From positions 887 through 64,886 of the IMG/VR virus record IMGVR_UViG_2900577576_000002: a stretch of 64,000 nucleotides of DNA. One strand, given 5' to 3'. The first letter of the stretch is position 1. Every line of letters begins with the position of its first letter. A program made the position numbers and the translations under genes. Shown piece after piece: positions 38,795 to 47,726 of this stretch. The notes under the pieces were generated by a model. That model did not search any database and was not told the origin of the DNA. It saw nothing but the letters and a program-made list of their open reading frames with translations. Origin of the DNA: a virus. Its lineage: Duplodnaviria > Caudoviricetes.

Positions 38795-38830
38795 CAAAAA
38801 AGCGACCCCGCCGACGAGCGGGGTTTTTCT
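38795..38830 (-). terminator. Intrinsic terminator (tR'-like, bidirectional)
   Basis: ACCCCGC..GCGGGGT stem flanked by A and T tracts. Confidence 0.75.
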
Positions 38831-38985
38831 TTCTATCTGGTCTTACTTTTCTTCAATACCAGCGCCTTGCGCGCGGGCGTAAATTCGATTTGCCGGGGCC
38901 AAAAACGACTAGAGCCCGATCAATGTCGGGCTCTGGCTGGCGGGGAACGCTCTCTTTGCGGCGAATGCTTCGCTAACTTACACAC

Positions 38986-39014
38986 ATCCTAGCAGATTCG
39001 GCGCATACATGCAA
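38986..39014 (-). promoter_or_regulatory. Late promoter (pR'-like)
   Basis: TTGCAT-17-TAGGAT, with a terminator about 185 nt downstream. Confidence 0.6.
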
Positions 39015-39033
39015 CCATTTTGAGAACAGGTTA

Positions 39034-39303
39034 TCAACTGGGCGAAAAAAAACGCAGTTGGAGCCGATGTTGCAACTCCCCTGCTACGGTGACCGCGCTG
39101 CCTAGGTTCTCTCGGTCGGCCAGCGCGCCCATGGTCTTGTACTTCACTGTTCCGTCCTTCATCACGTAAGCGATGAGAACCCCCTCCACGTCCCCGGTTT
39201 CGTAAGCGTCAGCGATATCTCTCAGCTCGTCCCCCGGCGTCGAATCGTTAGCGCCGCTTGGAAACATGGGAATTACGTTCGCTTGTTTTGCTCTTGGCGT
39301 CAT
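39034..39303 (-). CDS. Hypothetical protein downstream of the repressor
   Basis: AGGA RBS; stop codon overlaps a palindrome copy. Confidence 0.6.
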   Translation of the reverse strand: MTPRAKQANVIPMFPSGANDSTPGDELRDIADAYETGDVEGVLIAYVMKDGTVKYKTMGALADRENLGSAVTVAGELQHRLQLRFFSPS

Positions 39304-39706
39304 TGTCCTTCAGGGTAACAACCCTTCCTTTTGATTTGCCGGCCTGCGACTTGGCCAGGCTGATTTGCCCCAACACATCATCCCCCCCTTCTGGATTCTC
39401 TATCAGCCGGAGGAGTGCCGCAACAACATCCGTTACAGGCCGTGGCAATTTAAGCAAACGGGTGTGCACGTCCGCAGCGGCCATCTTGTGCCCATCCGGA
39501 ATGTGCGGGATATCCATCCAACCACGCGGCTTATCCATCCCATCCTCAAGACGATGAGCGACGTCATCTCCCATGTTGCGAAAACCGCTTTTGCAATGGG
39601 TGATGTAGACGCGCCCCACGCCGGTGCGCGCCGCAAGTTTCATGATGGTCGTCGCCTCATCTATCAGGAGGTTCAGATTCAGTTGGCGTATCTCGTTTCG
39701 GTTCAT
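39248..39706 (-). CDS. CI-like repressor (HTH; no obvious peptidase domain)
   Basis: EIRQLNLNLLI..RNMGDDVAHRLE..PRGWMD; divergent from cro across three palindromes. Confidence 0.75.
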   Translation of the reverse strand: MNRNEIRQLNLNLLIDEATTIMKLAARTGVGRVYITHCKSGFRNMGDDVAHRLEDGMDKPRGWMDIPHIPDGHKMAAADVHTRLLKLPRPVTDVVAALLRLIENPEGGDDVLGQISLAKSQAGKSKGRVVTLKDNDAKSKTSERNSHVSKRR

Positions 39707-39736
39707 GCCCCGGATTTTAGGTGTGATAGCGCCGTT

Positions 39737-39785
39737 GTCAACATGTTCCCATGGAGATAACCGCTTATCGTGATAAAGTGTTCTC
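39737..39785. promoter_or_regulatory. Three tandem operator-like sites between repressor and cro
   Basis: GTCAACATGTTCCC 39737, GATAACCGCTTATC 39756, GATAAAGTGTTCTC 39772. Confidence 0.7.
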
Positions 39786-39811
39786 ACCAAAACAACCTGT
39801 GGGAGAACCGC

Positions 39812-40066
39812 ATGAACCTGGTCGAATGGCTTGACGCGATGTGCCTGAACAGCAAGAACCTCACCCCCGGCGAGCGTGAGCGGCGCAAGGCAGAACGCAC
39901 CCGCATCCTCAAGAAGGCTGATGCCACCATGAATACGCTGCGCATGTCGCGTCATCGCGGCGTCATCGGCATCAAGCTCGCGAGACGCTTGGAGAAAGCA
40001 TCCAAGGGTTCCAGCGCCGAGTTCAAGGTGGCTGACCAGATGCCGGAACTGGCGCAGAAGCAGTAG
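39812..40066 (+). CDS. Cro-like regulator
   Basis: Divergent from repressor; GIKLARRLEKAS.G; GGAG RBS. Confidence 0.65.
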   Translation: MNLVEWLDAMCLNSKNLTPGERERRKAERTRILKKADATMNTLRMSRHRGVIGIKLARRLEKASKGSSAEFKVADQMPELAQKQ

Positions 40067-40245
40067 GAAAAAAATTTCTTACCGATGAGAACATGCTATC
40101 AAAGTTCTCGGTAAGCATCTGTTAATCGGGCAGGCGGTGGCCACCGTCGCGCGGGCTCGCCCTGGCCCGCGCCGCCCGGCCTATTGGCTGTTGAGGCAAT
40201 GGAGCACTGATATGGAAAAACAACCCAGATCCGGGAGAGTCCGCC

Positions 40246-41124
40246 ATGCGTGACTATGGCAAGGTCGGCCCCAAGTTCTGGATCGGCGAAACAGGGAAGG
40301 CCCTCAGAAAGCGCGGCGCTGACGCTCAACTCGTCGCTCTCTACCTGATGACCAGCCCGCACGCGAACATGCTGGGGCTTTACTACGTTCCCACGGCCTA
40401 CATCGCACACGAGACAGGACTAGGCATAGAAGGGGCTTTGAAGGGCCTTGCTAGTTGCTGCGAAGTTGGTTTCTGCCATTACGACGAGGCTTCAGAGATG
40501 GTTTGGGTGCCAGAGATGGCCCAGTACCAGATCGCAGAGCGCTTGACCGGCAAAGACCTGCGCATCAAGGGCGTCCAGAATGAGTATGACTCTCTTCCCG
40601 GAAACCCTTTCCTGAAGCCGTTCTTTGAGAAATACGGCGAGGCGTTTTGCATGGAGAGATGCCGCCATCACGATAGGGGGCAACAAGCCCCTTGCAAGCC
40701 CCTTGCAAGCCAAGAACAGGAGCAGGAGCAGGAACAGGAGCAAGAACAGGGAAAACACTTGTCCGGCAAGCCGGACGATGAGGCCGAAAAAATCCTTGCG
40801 CATCTGAATGCCGCCGCAGGTCGTGACTATCGGCCGGTGCCCTCGAACATCAAGCTGATCCGCGCACGCCTCAAGGAAGGCGCAACGCCCGCGGAGATAC
40901 GCGCCGTGATCGACCTCAAGGTCAAGCAGTGGGCCAAGGACGCGAAGATGGCGCAGTACCTGCGGCCCGACACACTTTTCAACGCCACGAAGTTCGCCCA
41001 GTACATCGGCCAGCTCAAGGCCGGCGTCCCGGTTGATGACCGGAGCGTTGAGGGATTTTTGGCAACGTTTGACGGGCCGCCAGATGACGGCATGACGATC
41101 GACATGGAGCGCGACCATGCATGA
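40246..41124 (+). CDS. Replication initiator (O-like, conserved phage C-terminal domain)
   Basis: (EQ)n linker; ILAHLN..Y..I.ARLKEG..YLRPDTLFN..KF..Y. Confidence 0.85.
   Translation: MRDYGKVGPKFWIGETGKALRKRGADAQLVALYLMTSPHANMLGLYYVPTAYIAHETGLGIEGALKGLASCCEVGFCHYDEASEMVWVPEMAQYQIAERLTGKDLRIKGVQNEYDSLPGNPFLKPFFEKYGEAFCMERCRHHDRGQQAPCKPLASQEQEQEQEQEQEQGKHLSGKPDDEAEKILAHLNAAAGRDYRPVPSNIKLIRARLKEGATPAEIRAVIDLKVKQWAKDAKMAQYLRPDTLFNATKFAQYIGQLKAGVPVDDRSVEGFLATFDGPPDDGMTIDMERDHA
40684..40711. repeat. Iteron-like direct repeats (putative origin)
   Basis: CAAGCCCCTTG x2 plus CAAGCC inside the initiator; related inverted copies near 40431. Confidence 0.5.
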
Positions 41125-41899
41125 GCAGGACAGGAAGGAATTTGCGGAAGTGATCCGCGCGACGTTCGACAACTATCACCGCGAGCAGCCGATGAACTCG
41201 ACCCTGCGAGTGTGGTGGGAAATGCTGGCCGGCTTCGACATGGCCGCCGTTCGGGGTGCATGCATGCGCTATATCGCGACCGAGCCGAAGTATCCGCCGA
41301 CCATTGGGCAATTGCTCGGCCTTCTGCGCGGCTCCAATGGTGGCGACGGCCGACTTGGCGCCGATGAGGCTTGGGCGCGCGCGCTAACCGGGATGGATGA
41401 GTCGGAAACCATCATCACGACGCCCGAGATCATGGCGGCGTTCAGCATCGCCCAGACGGTTCTTGAAAGCGGTGACGAAGTTGGAGCCCGTATGGCGTTC
41501 AAGGATGTCTACAACCGTATCGTGTCCGAGGCCCGGGCCGCCGGCAAGCCGGTTGAATGGCAGGCTTCGCTTGGGTGGGATGCCGAGAAGCGCGCGCGTG
41601 TTGTGAACCAAGCGGTAGCTGCTGGTTTTCTCCCGGCACCGAAAGCCGCTGCCCTTCTTCCTCCGCCTAAGCCAAAGACGCAAGACGTCTACCCCGAAGG
41701 GCTCGCGAGGGTGAAGGCCATGATGGCGACGCTTACCTCAAAAAGGGAACAGTTTCAACGAGCGCGCGAAGCTGAGTCTGCTGCAGATCGAGATCGCACG
41801 GCGGCGGCAAAACAGCAAGCCGAGGAAATGACGCGCGAGCACGAGAAAAAATCTGCCTCGGATTTTGCTAAAAACCCTACCCACGCCGCTTCATTTTAA
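41117..41899 (+). CDS. Replication protein P-like / helicase-loader partner
   Basis: Follows the initiator; YPPTIGQL..ADEAWA. Confidence 0.65.
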   Translation: MHEQDRKEFAEVIRATFDNYHREQPMNSTLRVWWEMLAGFDMAAVRGACMRYIATEPKYPPTIGQLLGLLRGSNGGDGRLGADEAWARALTGMDESETIITTPEIMAAFSIAQTVLESGDEVGARMAFKDVYNRIVSEARAAGKPVEWQASLGWDAEKRARVVNQAVAAGFLPAPKAAALLPPPKPKTQDVYPEGLARVKAMMATLTSKREQFQRAREAESAADRDRTAAAKQQAEEMTREHEKKSASDFAKNPTHAASF

Positions 41900-41937
41900 C
41901 TATACTGATAACACGTTATCCGCGCTGTTACCACGCC

Positions 41938-42138
41938 ATGGTCGAATGCATCGATTGCAAGCACTGCGACATGAAGACCGAGAAGGCACAGGCGCGCTTG
42001 GGCTTTGGTCACTGCGCATTCGAGCCAATGGCGGGGCGCTTCAACAACGTGAAGTGGCCGCGTGACTGCAACAAGTTCGAGGCGTTGCCCGCAGAGAAGT
42101 CCGAAGCGCGGCGCAACTGGCTCAAGGGGAGGAATTGA
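41938..42138 (+). CDS. Small Cys-rich protein
   Basis: CIDCKHC..GHC..C; preceded by palindrome 41907-41920. Confidence 0.65.
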   Translation: MVECIDCKHCDMKTEKAQARLGFGHCAFEPMAGRFNNVKWPRDCNKFEALPAEKSEARRNWLKGRN

Positions 42139-42584
42139 TGGCAGGGAATCAAAAGCCGCGCAAAGGCTTCAGCCCGAGATTGCGCACCCAACCATGGCGA
42201 GTATCGGCCGTCTTTCATCCGCTGGAATCCGTGCTCTTGCAAATCGAGCAGACCGGCGAAGTGACGACGGACGGCAAGGGCATGCCGATGTTCAAGGACG
42301 CCGGCGACGGGCACTGGTACGCAACCACGCCCGCGATTGAAGGGATCGTCGAGGCATACGCCACGCACGAGCTGCGCAGCGGCCGGCCGATGCCGCTGGA
42401 CAACCTGCGCAGGTTCGCCAAGAAGCTCGAATACGCGAGCCCGCTCACGCTGGAAGATTGCGCCGCCGTCCGCCGCGACCTTGCCGCCCTTCGCAGCGAA
42501 ACGCTGGCCATGACGGTCGAGTACGCGGCCAGCCTGGTCCGCACCACGCAAATCAAAATCGAACTCGAGAGGATCGCCGCATGA
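42138..42584 (+). CDS. Hypothetical protein
   Basis: In-operon, coupled. Confidence 0.7.
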   Translation: MAGNQKPRKGFSPRLRTQPWRVSAVFHPLESVLLQIEQTGEVTTDGKGMPMFKDAGDGHWYATTPAIEGIVEAYATHELRSGRPMPLDNLRRFAKKLEYASPLTLEDCAAVRRDLAALRSETLAMTVEYAASLVRTTQIKIELERIAA

Positions 42585-42907
42585 GAGAAGCCGAGAAGCC
42601 GCGCGCCGTCCGCATGGTGCAGCTCGTGCATGAGCTGAACCTCTACGCGGGCGAGCAGTTCACCATTGACGACCTCGTCCACATCTTCAAGACGACAGCC
42701 AAGCGCCTAGAAAAGCTCTGCGCCAAGGCCGTCGACAACTTCCAGCTTCGCACGGGCCGCAACACTGCCGGCCACCGCGTCTACTGGGCCATGAGCGCGT
42801 CTGAGCGCGAGATGGTCCGCCGCACACCGACCGGCGACATGACCGGTTACACCGAATACCTGCATTCGCACTGGCGCGTCGCTGAGGGTGCGCCTTGGGG
42901 GCGGTGA
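42581..42907 (+). CDS. Hypothetical winged-helix-like protein
   Basis: ATGA coupling. Confidence 0.55.
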   Translation: MREAEKPRAVRMVQLVHELNLYAGEQFTIDDLVHIFKTTAKRLEKLCAKAVDNFQLRTGRNTAGHRVYWAMSASEREMVRRTPTGDMTGYTEYLHSHWRVAEGAPWGR

Positions 42908-42908
42908 C

Positions 42909-43634
42909 ATGAGAATCCAGCACTTCCAGCGCAACCTCAACGGCCGAGATTTCGCCGTCGGCGACATTCACGGCTGTTTCAGCCGCCTGCAGTTGCATCT
43001 CGACACCATCGGCTTCAACCCGGAATGTGATCGCCTGTTCAGCGTCGGCGATTTGGTCGACCGTGGGCCGGAGTCCGACCTAGCGCTTGAGTGGCTGGAT
43101 AAACCGTGGTTTCACGCAGTGCGCGGCAATCACGAAGACATGGCCATTCGATTCCCGCGCGGGAACATGGACACGGTCAACTACGTGCAGAACGGCGGCG
43201 GCTGGAACGTCGGCAACCCGCGTGTCGTGCAGCAGTTGTTTGCCGACTACTTCATGGCGCTACCGTTGGCGCTGGACATCGAAACGGCCAACGGTCTGGT
43301 CGGCATCGTCCACGCGGAATGCCCATTCCCGTCTTGGCGAGACTTCGTAGAAGTCCTTGAGACCCCCGAACTTCCTTCGCCTCTCAAGCGGGCGATTCTC
43401 GAAACAGCCTTATGGGCACGCGATCGCATCAATGCCCTGCGCCCCGATGAAGTGAGCGACGTCCGCGCCGTCATCGTGGGACACACGCCGGTCGAGCGAT
43501 TCACCAGCCTTGGAAACACGCTTTACATCGACACGGGCGCAGTCTTCCGTGAGCGCGATTTCACCATTTTGAATCTCAGCACGTTGCGGCCGGTGGATCT
43601 TGGCGTGCGCCTTGATTGGGAGGAAGTGGAGTGA
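42909..43634 (+). CDS. ninI: Ser/Thr protein phosphatase (lambda NinI type)
   Basis: GDIHG, VGDLVDRG, RGNHE, GHTP, IDTGA. Confidence 0.92.
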   Translation: MRIQHFQRNLNGRDFAVGDIHGCFSRLQLHLDTIGFNPECDRLFSVGDLVDRGPESDLALEWLDKPWFHAVRGNHEDMAIRFPRGNMDTVNYVQNGGGWNVGNPRVVQQLFADYFMALPLALDIETANGLVGIVHAECPFPSWRDFVEVLETPELPSPLKRAILETALWARDRINALRPDEVSDVRAVIVGHTPVERFTSLGNTLYIDTGAVFRERDFTILNLSTLRPVDLGVRLDWEEVE

Positions 43635-44182
43635 GCGAGAAGCCAACTAATCCGAAAGACAGCGTCGGCATCCGCAAGGCGCCCATGTCCACGGTTTCCG
43701 CTGTCGTCATGGCCGAGGTCGGCGTCGCCATGCTTGAAGGGGCGGCCAAATACGGGCGCCACAATTACAGAGCCGTTGGCGTTCGCGCTTCCGTCTACTA
43801 CGACGCCACACTGCGCCACCTGTTTTCCTGGTGGGAAGGCGAGAACATCGACCCGGATTCGGGCATGTCGCACATCACGAAGGCGATCACGTCCCTCGTT
43901 GTTCTCCGTGACGCGATGATCCAGGGAAAAGTCACAGACGATCGGGCGCCATCATCCGGACCGTTCTATTCGGGCCTAAACACTGCCGCTGCGGCGATTC
44001 TTGACCGGCACGCAGACAAAGCCCCGTATCACTACACCATCGCCGACACCAACGGCATGGCCGAACACGCCGCGCGCGAAACCGACGCGCGCCTGATCGC
44101 TGATTCCAATGCGGCGGTACACGGCTACCCGCCAATCCACACCGAGGCTCTGCATGCAATCAAAACGACTGAGCCTCGTTGA
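43631..44182 (+). CDS. dATP/dGTP diphosphohydrolase-domain protein (DUF5664-like)
   Basis: NPKD..G..K..GAAKYG.HNY..YYDA.LRH..W.EGE..DPDSG..H. Confidence 0.8.
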   Translation: MSEKPTNPKDSVGIRKAPMSTVSAVVMAEVGVAMLEGAAKYGRHNYRAVGVRASVYYDATLRHLFSWWEGENIDPDSGMSHITKAITSLVVLRDAMIQGKVTDDRAPSSGPFYSGLNTAAAAILDRHADKAPYHYTIADTNGMAEHAARETDARLIADSNAAVHGYPPIHTEALHAIKTTEPR

Positions 44183-44369
44183 GGCGCTGGCCAATACCTG
44201 TGTTGGGTACGGCGTGAACTTCACGGCCAATCTCCTGATCTTCCCGCTCTTCGGGATGCACATCAGCATCCGCGACAACTTCGTGATGGGGCTGATCTAC
44301 ACGGGCATCTCCATTGCGCGCGGGTACGTGCTGCGCCGGACGTTCAATCGCATCAAGGAGGCAGTGTGA
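44154..44369 (+). CDS. Small membrane protein (DUF7220-like)
   Basis: QSKRLSLVEA.AN..VG..IFPLFG..YVLRR.FN. Confidence 0.75.
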   Translation: MQSKRLSLVEALANTCVGYGVNFTANLLIFPLFGMHISIRDNFVMGLIYTGISIARGYVLRRTFNRIKEAV

Positions 44370-44590
44370 GCAAGCTAACCGAGTGGTTCCCCGGCGAACT
44401 GAAACCAGTGCGGCCGGGCCTCTATGAGCGCAAATACCTTCAGGTTACAGGTGGCTTTCGTGCGTGGCTTGAATGGTTCGACGGCAAAGAGTGGCACCAC
44501 AGAAAGCCTGAAGCGGGTGACGACCTCGCGTGTCTGAATCAAGAGCGTCAATGGCGCGGCCTCGCAAATGAACCGCAGGAGGCCGCATGA
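44366..44590 (+). CDS. Hypothetical protein
   Basis: KPVRPGLYER..QWRGLA. Confidence 0.65.
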   Translation: MSKLTEWFPGELKPVRPGLYERKYLQVTGGFRAWLEWFDGKEWHHRKPEAGDDLACLNQERQWRGLANEPQEAA

Positions 44591-44731
44591 AACGCGCCCT
44601 AACCTTCGTTGCCGCCCTCATCGGCGCGTTGATCTACGCGGCCGTTACCTTGTGTCTAGTGCCGTTTGCCGGCGCGATCTGGGCGCTTAGCTGCGTTGCG
44701 CGCGGGCTGGAGTGGATTCAGGAGCATGTCG

Positions 44732-45071
44732 CGTGAGGAAGTATCGCAATGTCAAGGTGACCACGGAAGCCGGGACTTTCGATTCCAAGCGGGAGCATGC
44801 CCGTTACCTGGAACTGCTGATGATGCAGCGCCAGAAGTCGATCAGCAATCTGCGCAGACAGGTCGAATACATCCTGATCCCGGCGCAGCGCGACGCGAGC
44901 GGCAAGGCCATCCGCGCCGTGAAATACATCGCCGACTTCGTTTATGACCTGAACGGGAAACAGGTCGTTGAGGACGTGAAATCCGAAGCAACGCGGAAGC
45001 TGCCAGCCTACGTTCTGAAGTTCAAGCTGATGATCCACGTCCACGGGATAACGATCAAGGAGGTTACGTGA
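44732..45071 (+). CDS. DUF1064-family endonuclease
   Basis: KYRNVK..FDSKRE..RQV..Y.ADFVY..VVEDVK. Confidence 0.85.
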
Positions 45072-45256
45072 GCGCGCCACCCCTCGCCCTCCCCTCAATC
45101 GAAGACGAGGGCGCCCAAGCCTTTCAGGTCGGCCGGCGCGTCGCGTCCTATCTGCCCTACGGCTTCGCCTTCTGCCCCTATAAGCCCGGCAACTCGTTGC
45201 ATGACAACTGGATGCGCGGGTACGTGAAGATTTTCGATGCGGTGAGCCGGTCATGA
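45068..45256 (+). CDS. Hypothetical protein
   Basis: Coupled ORF. Confidence 0.5.
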   Translation: MSAPPLALPSIEDEGAQAFQVGRRVASYLPYGFAFCPYKPGNSLHDNWMRGYVKIFDAVSRS

Positions 45257-45459
45257 GTGACGAACAAAACTGCAGCACCTGCGCGCACCGACGCGGATTC
45301 ATTTACGGCTTCTGGCATTGCGTCCGCACAGGCTGGTATTGCGATGTCGAGGTGAAGCATGGTGGCCGTTGCCAGACCGGCAGCCGACTCTCTCTTTGGG
45401 AACCCCGCGCGCCGCTGCACCGCCGAGTCATCCGCATCTTCACGGGGATGAAAGCATGA
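45253..45459 (+). CDS. Hypothetical Cys-rich protein
   Basis: CSTCAH..C..C..C. Confidence 0.55.
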   Translation: MSDEQNCSTCAHRRGFIYGFWHCVRTGWYCDVEVKHGGRCQTGSRLSLWEPRAPLHRRVIRIFTGMKA

Positions 45460-45800
45460 GCGACGAAAGTGAAATCAACATATTCCGCGCGCTGGACTTC
45501 ATCAGAGACAACGCCACCGCCTACGCCCAAGCCAAAGCGAAGCGCGTCTATCTGGAGAATTTCCGCAAGAGCAAGAAGGCGATCCTGATGCGCGCGGCCG
45601 AACTGCGAGGGCACAAGACCGCAGCAATCCAAGAGCGCGAAGCATACGCCGATGATGGCTATGTCGAGATCCTTGCGGCCCTGCAGGCTGCAACCGAGCA
45701 AGAAGAAGCGCTTCGCTGGTTGATGGTGGCCGCCGAAGCAAAGATCGAAGCCTGGAGAACGATCGAAGCCACACGGAGAGCGGAGGCAAGGAACGTATGA
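45456..45800 (+). CDS. Conserved helical phage protein
   Basis: AYAQAKAKRVYLENFRKS..QEREAYAD. Confidence 0.7.
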   Translation: MSDESEINIFRALDFIRDNATAYAQAKAKRVYLENFRKSKKAILMRAAELRGHKTAAIQEREAYADDGYVEILAALQAATEQEEALRWLMVAAEAKIEAWRTIEATRRAEARNV

Positions 45801-45969
45801 GAATCCTCATCAGCGCAGACACCTATCTCTACACGTGCCGCCTCGGGATGTTCTTCCGCGTGCGCGGCTTCGGCGTGTCGATTGAGAAGGACCGGCCTCG
45901 CCTGTTCGCCGAGCGCATCGGCTTTCGGCGCGTCTATCGCTTTGGCCGATGGGCGGTGGAGTTTTTGAC

Positions 45970-46248
45970 ATGACGACGAATGCCGAGAAGGACTATCTGG
46001 GCCGCGTCGCCTCGCTGGGCTGCATCCTTTGCGACCGATTGGGCTACGGCGCCACACCCGCCGAAATCCACCACGTGCGCGAGGGTCAGGGGATGGCCCA
46101 GCGCGCGGAGAACTGGCTGGCCGTGCCGCTCTGCCCGGAACACCACAGGGGCAAGTCGGGCATCCACGGAAACCGTATGGCGCTCAAGCAGGTGAAAGCC
46201 GACGAAGTCGACCTGCTGGCGTGGACCATTGAGGCGCTGAATACCTGA
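45970..46248 (+). CDS. Ref-family (recombination enhancement) HNH-like nuclease
   Basis: VASLGCILC..AEIHH..VPLCPEHHRG..GIH. Confidence 0.8.
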   Translation: MTTNAEKDYLGRVASLGCILCDRLGYGATPAEIHHVREGQGMAQRAENWLAVPLCPEHHRGKSGIHGNRMALKQVKADEVDLLAWTIEALNT

Positions 46249-46448
46249 TGGCCACCCTTCCACATTGGGCGTACCGCGACCCGCTCGAACAACTGATCCG
46301 CGCGGAAGGTTTTCGCTGTACCGGCTGCACCCACGAAGAACGCAAAGAACTGTTCGGCACGGTCATCCACGTCTGCACGCTCAAGAACCGCGACGGCTCG
46401 CCGCGCAAACACGGTCAGCGATGCAGCAAATATGAGGGGGAAGAATGA
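46248..46448 (+). CDS. Hypothetical Zn-finger-like protein
   Basis: CTGCTH..C..C. Confidence 0.6.
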   Translation: MATLPHWAYRDPLEQLIRAEGFRCTGCTHEERKELFGTVIHVCTLKNRDGSPRKHGQRCSKYEGEE

Positions 46449-46969
46449 GGGTATTCCGCGACACCGACGCCCTGCTCCGCTGGGCCTACGCCATCGTTGA
46501 GCAGCCGATCTGCAAGGTCTCCGATGCACAGAGAGCCATGGCCGGCGCCAGCGACACGAACAAGAGCGCAGACGGTGCCCTGAGCGTTCAGGATCAGCAC
46601 GGCCAAGCTGCGATGGTACGGCGTTACATCGAGGGCATGCCGGAACTGCTCCAGGCGTACGCATGGGCCTCGTACTCATGGGCCGAGCATGAGCGCAAAG
46701 GCGGCAATTACGTGCTCGATCTGCACCTGGCGACCGAGACGGGCATCGTCAACGGCCTCATGCGGTTCCTGCTGATGCGCCGCCAGATCGAACTCGGCCA
46801 GTCGCGCTGCATGTCCTGCGAGCGGATCGCTGAGAAGGTCGGCGTGCACAAGCGGACGATCCAGCGCTATGAGCCCAAGGTCAAGACGGCCATGGACTCC
46901 CTGCGCAACCGGTTCTTTGACATGGCCGACGAACACTTCGCGGGGTCGGGCCTGATCCGCTCAAGCTGA
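46445..46969 (+). CDS. Putative Q-like late antiterminator / HTH regulator
   Basis: Last gene of the nin block; C-terminal HTH IAEKVGVHKRTIQR. Confidence 0.55.
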   Translation: MRVFRDTDALLRWAYAIVEQPICKVSDAQRAMAGASDTNKSADGALSVQDQHGQAAMVRRYIEGMPELLQAYAWASYSWAEHERKGGNYVLDLHLATETGIVNGLMRFLLMRRQIELGQSRCMSCERIAEKVGVHKRTIQRYEPKVKTAMDSLRNRFFDMADEHFAGSGLIRSS

Positions 46970-46985
46970 TTTTTTGATATTCTTC

Positions 46986-47014
46986 TTGAGAACATGTTAT
47001 CTCTTTGCTAGAGT
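46986..47014 (+). promoter_or_regulatory. Promoter with an operator between -35 and -10, driving the DGR operon
   Basis: TTGAGA-17-TAGAGT; GAGAACATGTTATC at 46988-47001. Confidence 0.7.
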
Positions 47015-47065
47015 GCTCACACGCACCACAAAACCTGAGGTCAATAACCCATGAAGGGGAGAACC

Positions 47066-47674
47066 ATGAACGCAGTTGTGAACGGCATTACTGTCCCGGC
47101 CATCATCGGAACACCGTGGGAAGGCGGCTTCTATAGCGGTCTGATCACTTTCGGTGGCGATGTGTATGCGCAAGTCACCGCCGCAAAGACTGACGGCGAG
47201 CACAAGCCCGCCATCTGGCTCCTGGATTACACCGAGATCAAGGGCGCCGACAGCTTCTTCGACGGCTTGGCGAACACGAAGGGCATGGCCGAGGCCGGCA
47301 GCGAGATCGCCCAGTGGGCACTCGAGCAGCGCATTGCTGGCTTCGATGACTGGGCCATCCCTGCGCGCGATCAACTCGAACTCCAGTACCGGCACTTCAA
47401 GCCGACCACCCAGGAGAACTGGGTGTGCCGCAACGGTGACAACCCGAGCAGCCTGCCCCCGGGCTACCCGTACACGATTCACCTGCCCGGCCAGACCACG
47501 GTCGAGCTGTTCCGCGTCGGCGGCACCGAGGCCTTTGCTGCTGACTGGTACTGGTCGAGCACGCAGTACTCGGCCGACGACGCCTGGAGCCAGACCTTCA
47601 ATGGTGGCAGCCAGCACTACGCGAGCAAGGACCTCGAAGGTCGTGTCCGCCTCGTCCGCAGCATCAAGCTTTAA
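47066..47674 (+). CDS. DGR target protein 1 (DUF1566/CLec-like)
   Basis: WAIPARDQLE..WYWSSTQ; C-terminal VR1. Confidence 0.9.
   Translation: MNAVVNGITVPAIIGTPWEGGFYSGLITFGGDVYAQVTAAKTDGEHKPAIWLLDYTEIKGADSFFDGLANTKGMAEAGSEIAQWALEQRIAGFDDWAIPARDQLELQYRHFKPTTQENWVCRNGDNPSSLPPGYPYTIHLPGQTTVELFRVGGTEAFAADWYWSSTQYSADDAWSQTFNGGSQHYASKDLEGRVRLVRSIKL
47561..47658 (+). repeat. DGR variable region VR1
   Basis: 98 bp copy of TR; 12 differences, all at TR adenines. Confidence 0.97.
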
Positions 47675-47726
47675 CCCTTCATCCTTTCGACGGCCCAGAC
47701 CAACCGATCACGATCAAGAGGATCAG

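Noticed and set aside
39707-39955. N-terminal extension of the repressor ORF
   Set aside because: Runs through the operators and cro; the HTH begins at 39706
40712-40750. CAGGAG/CAAGAA tandem repeat as a contingency locus
   Set aside because: In-frame (EQ)n linker typical of phage replication initiators
43631-44182. Z-genome (2-aminoadenine) pathway
   Set aside because: No purZ or dedicated polymerase in the window
47154-47726. N-terminal 191 aa of the 387 aa ORF
   Set aside because: Overlaps target 1 in another frame with low-complexity translation; the real start with RBS is 47727
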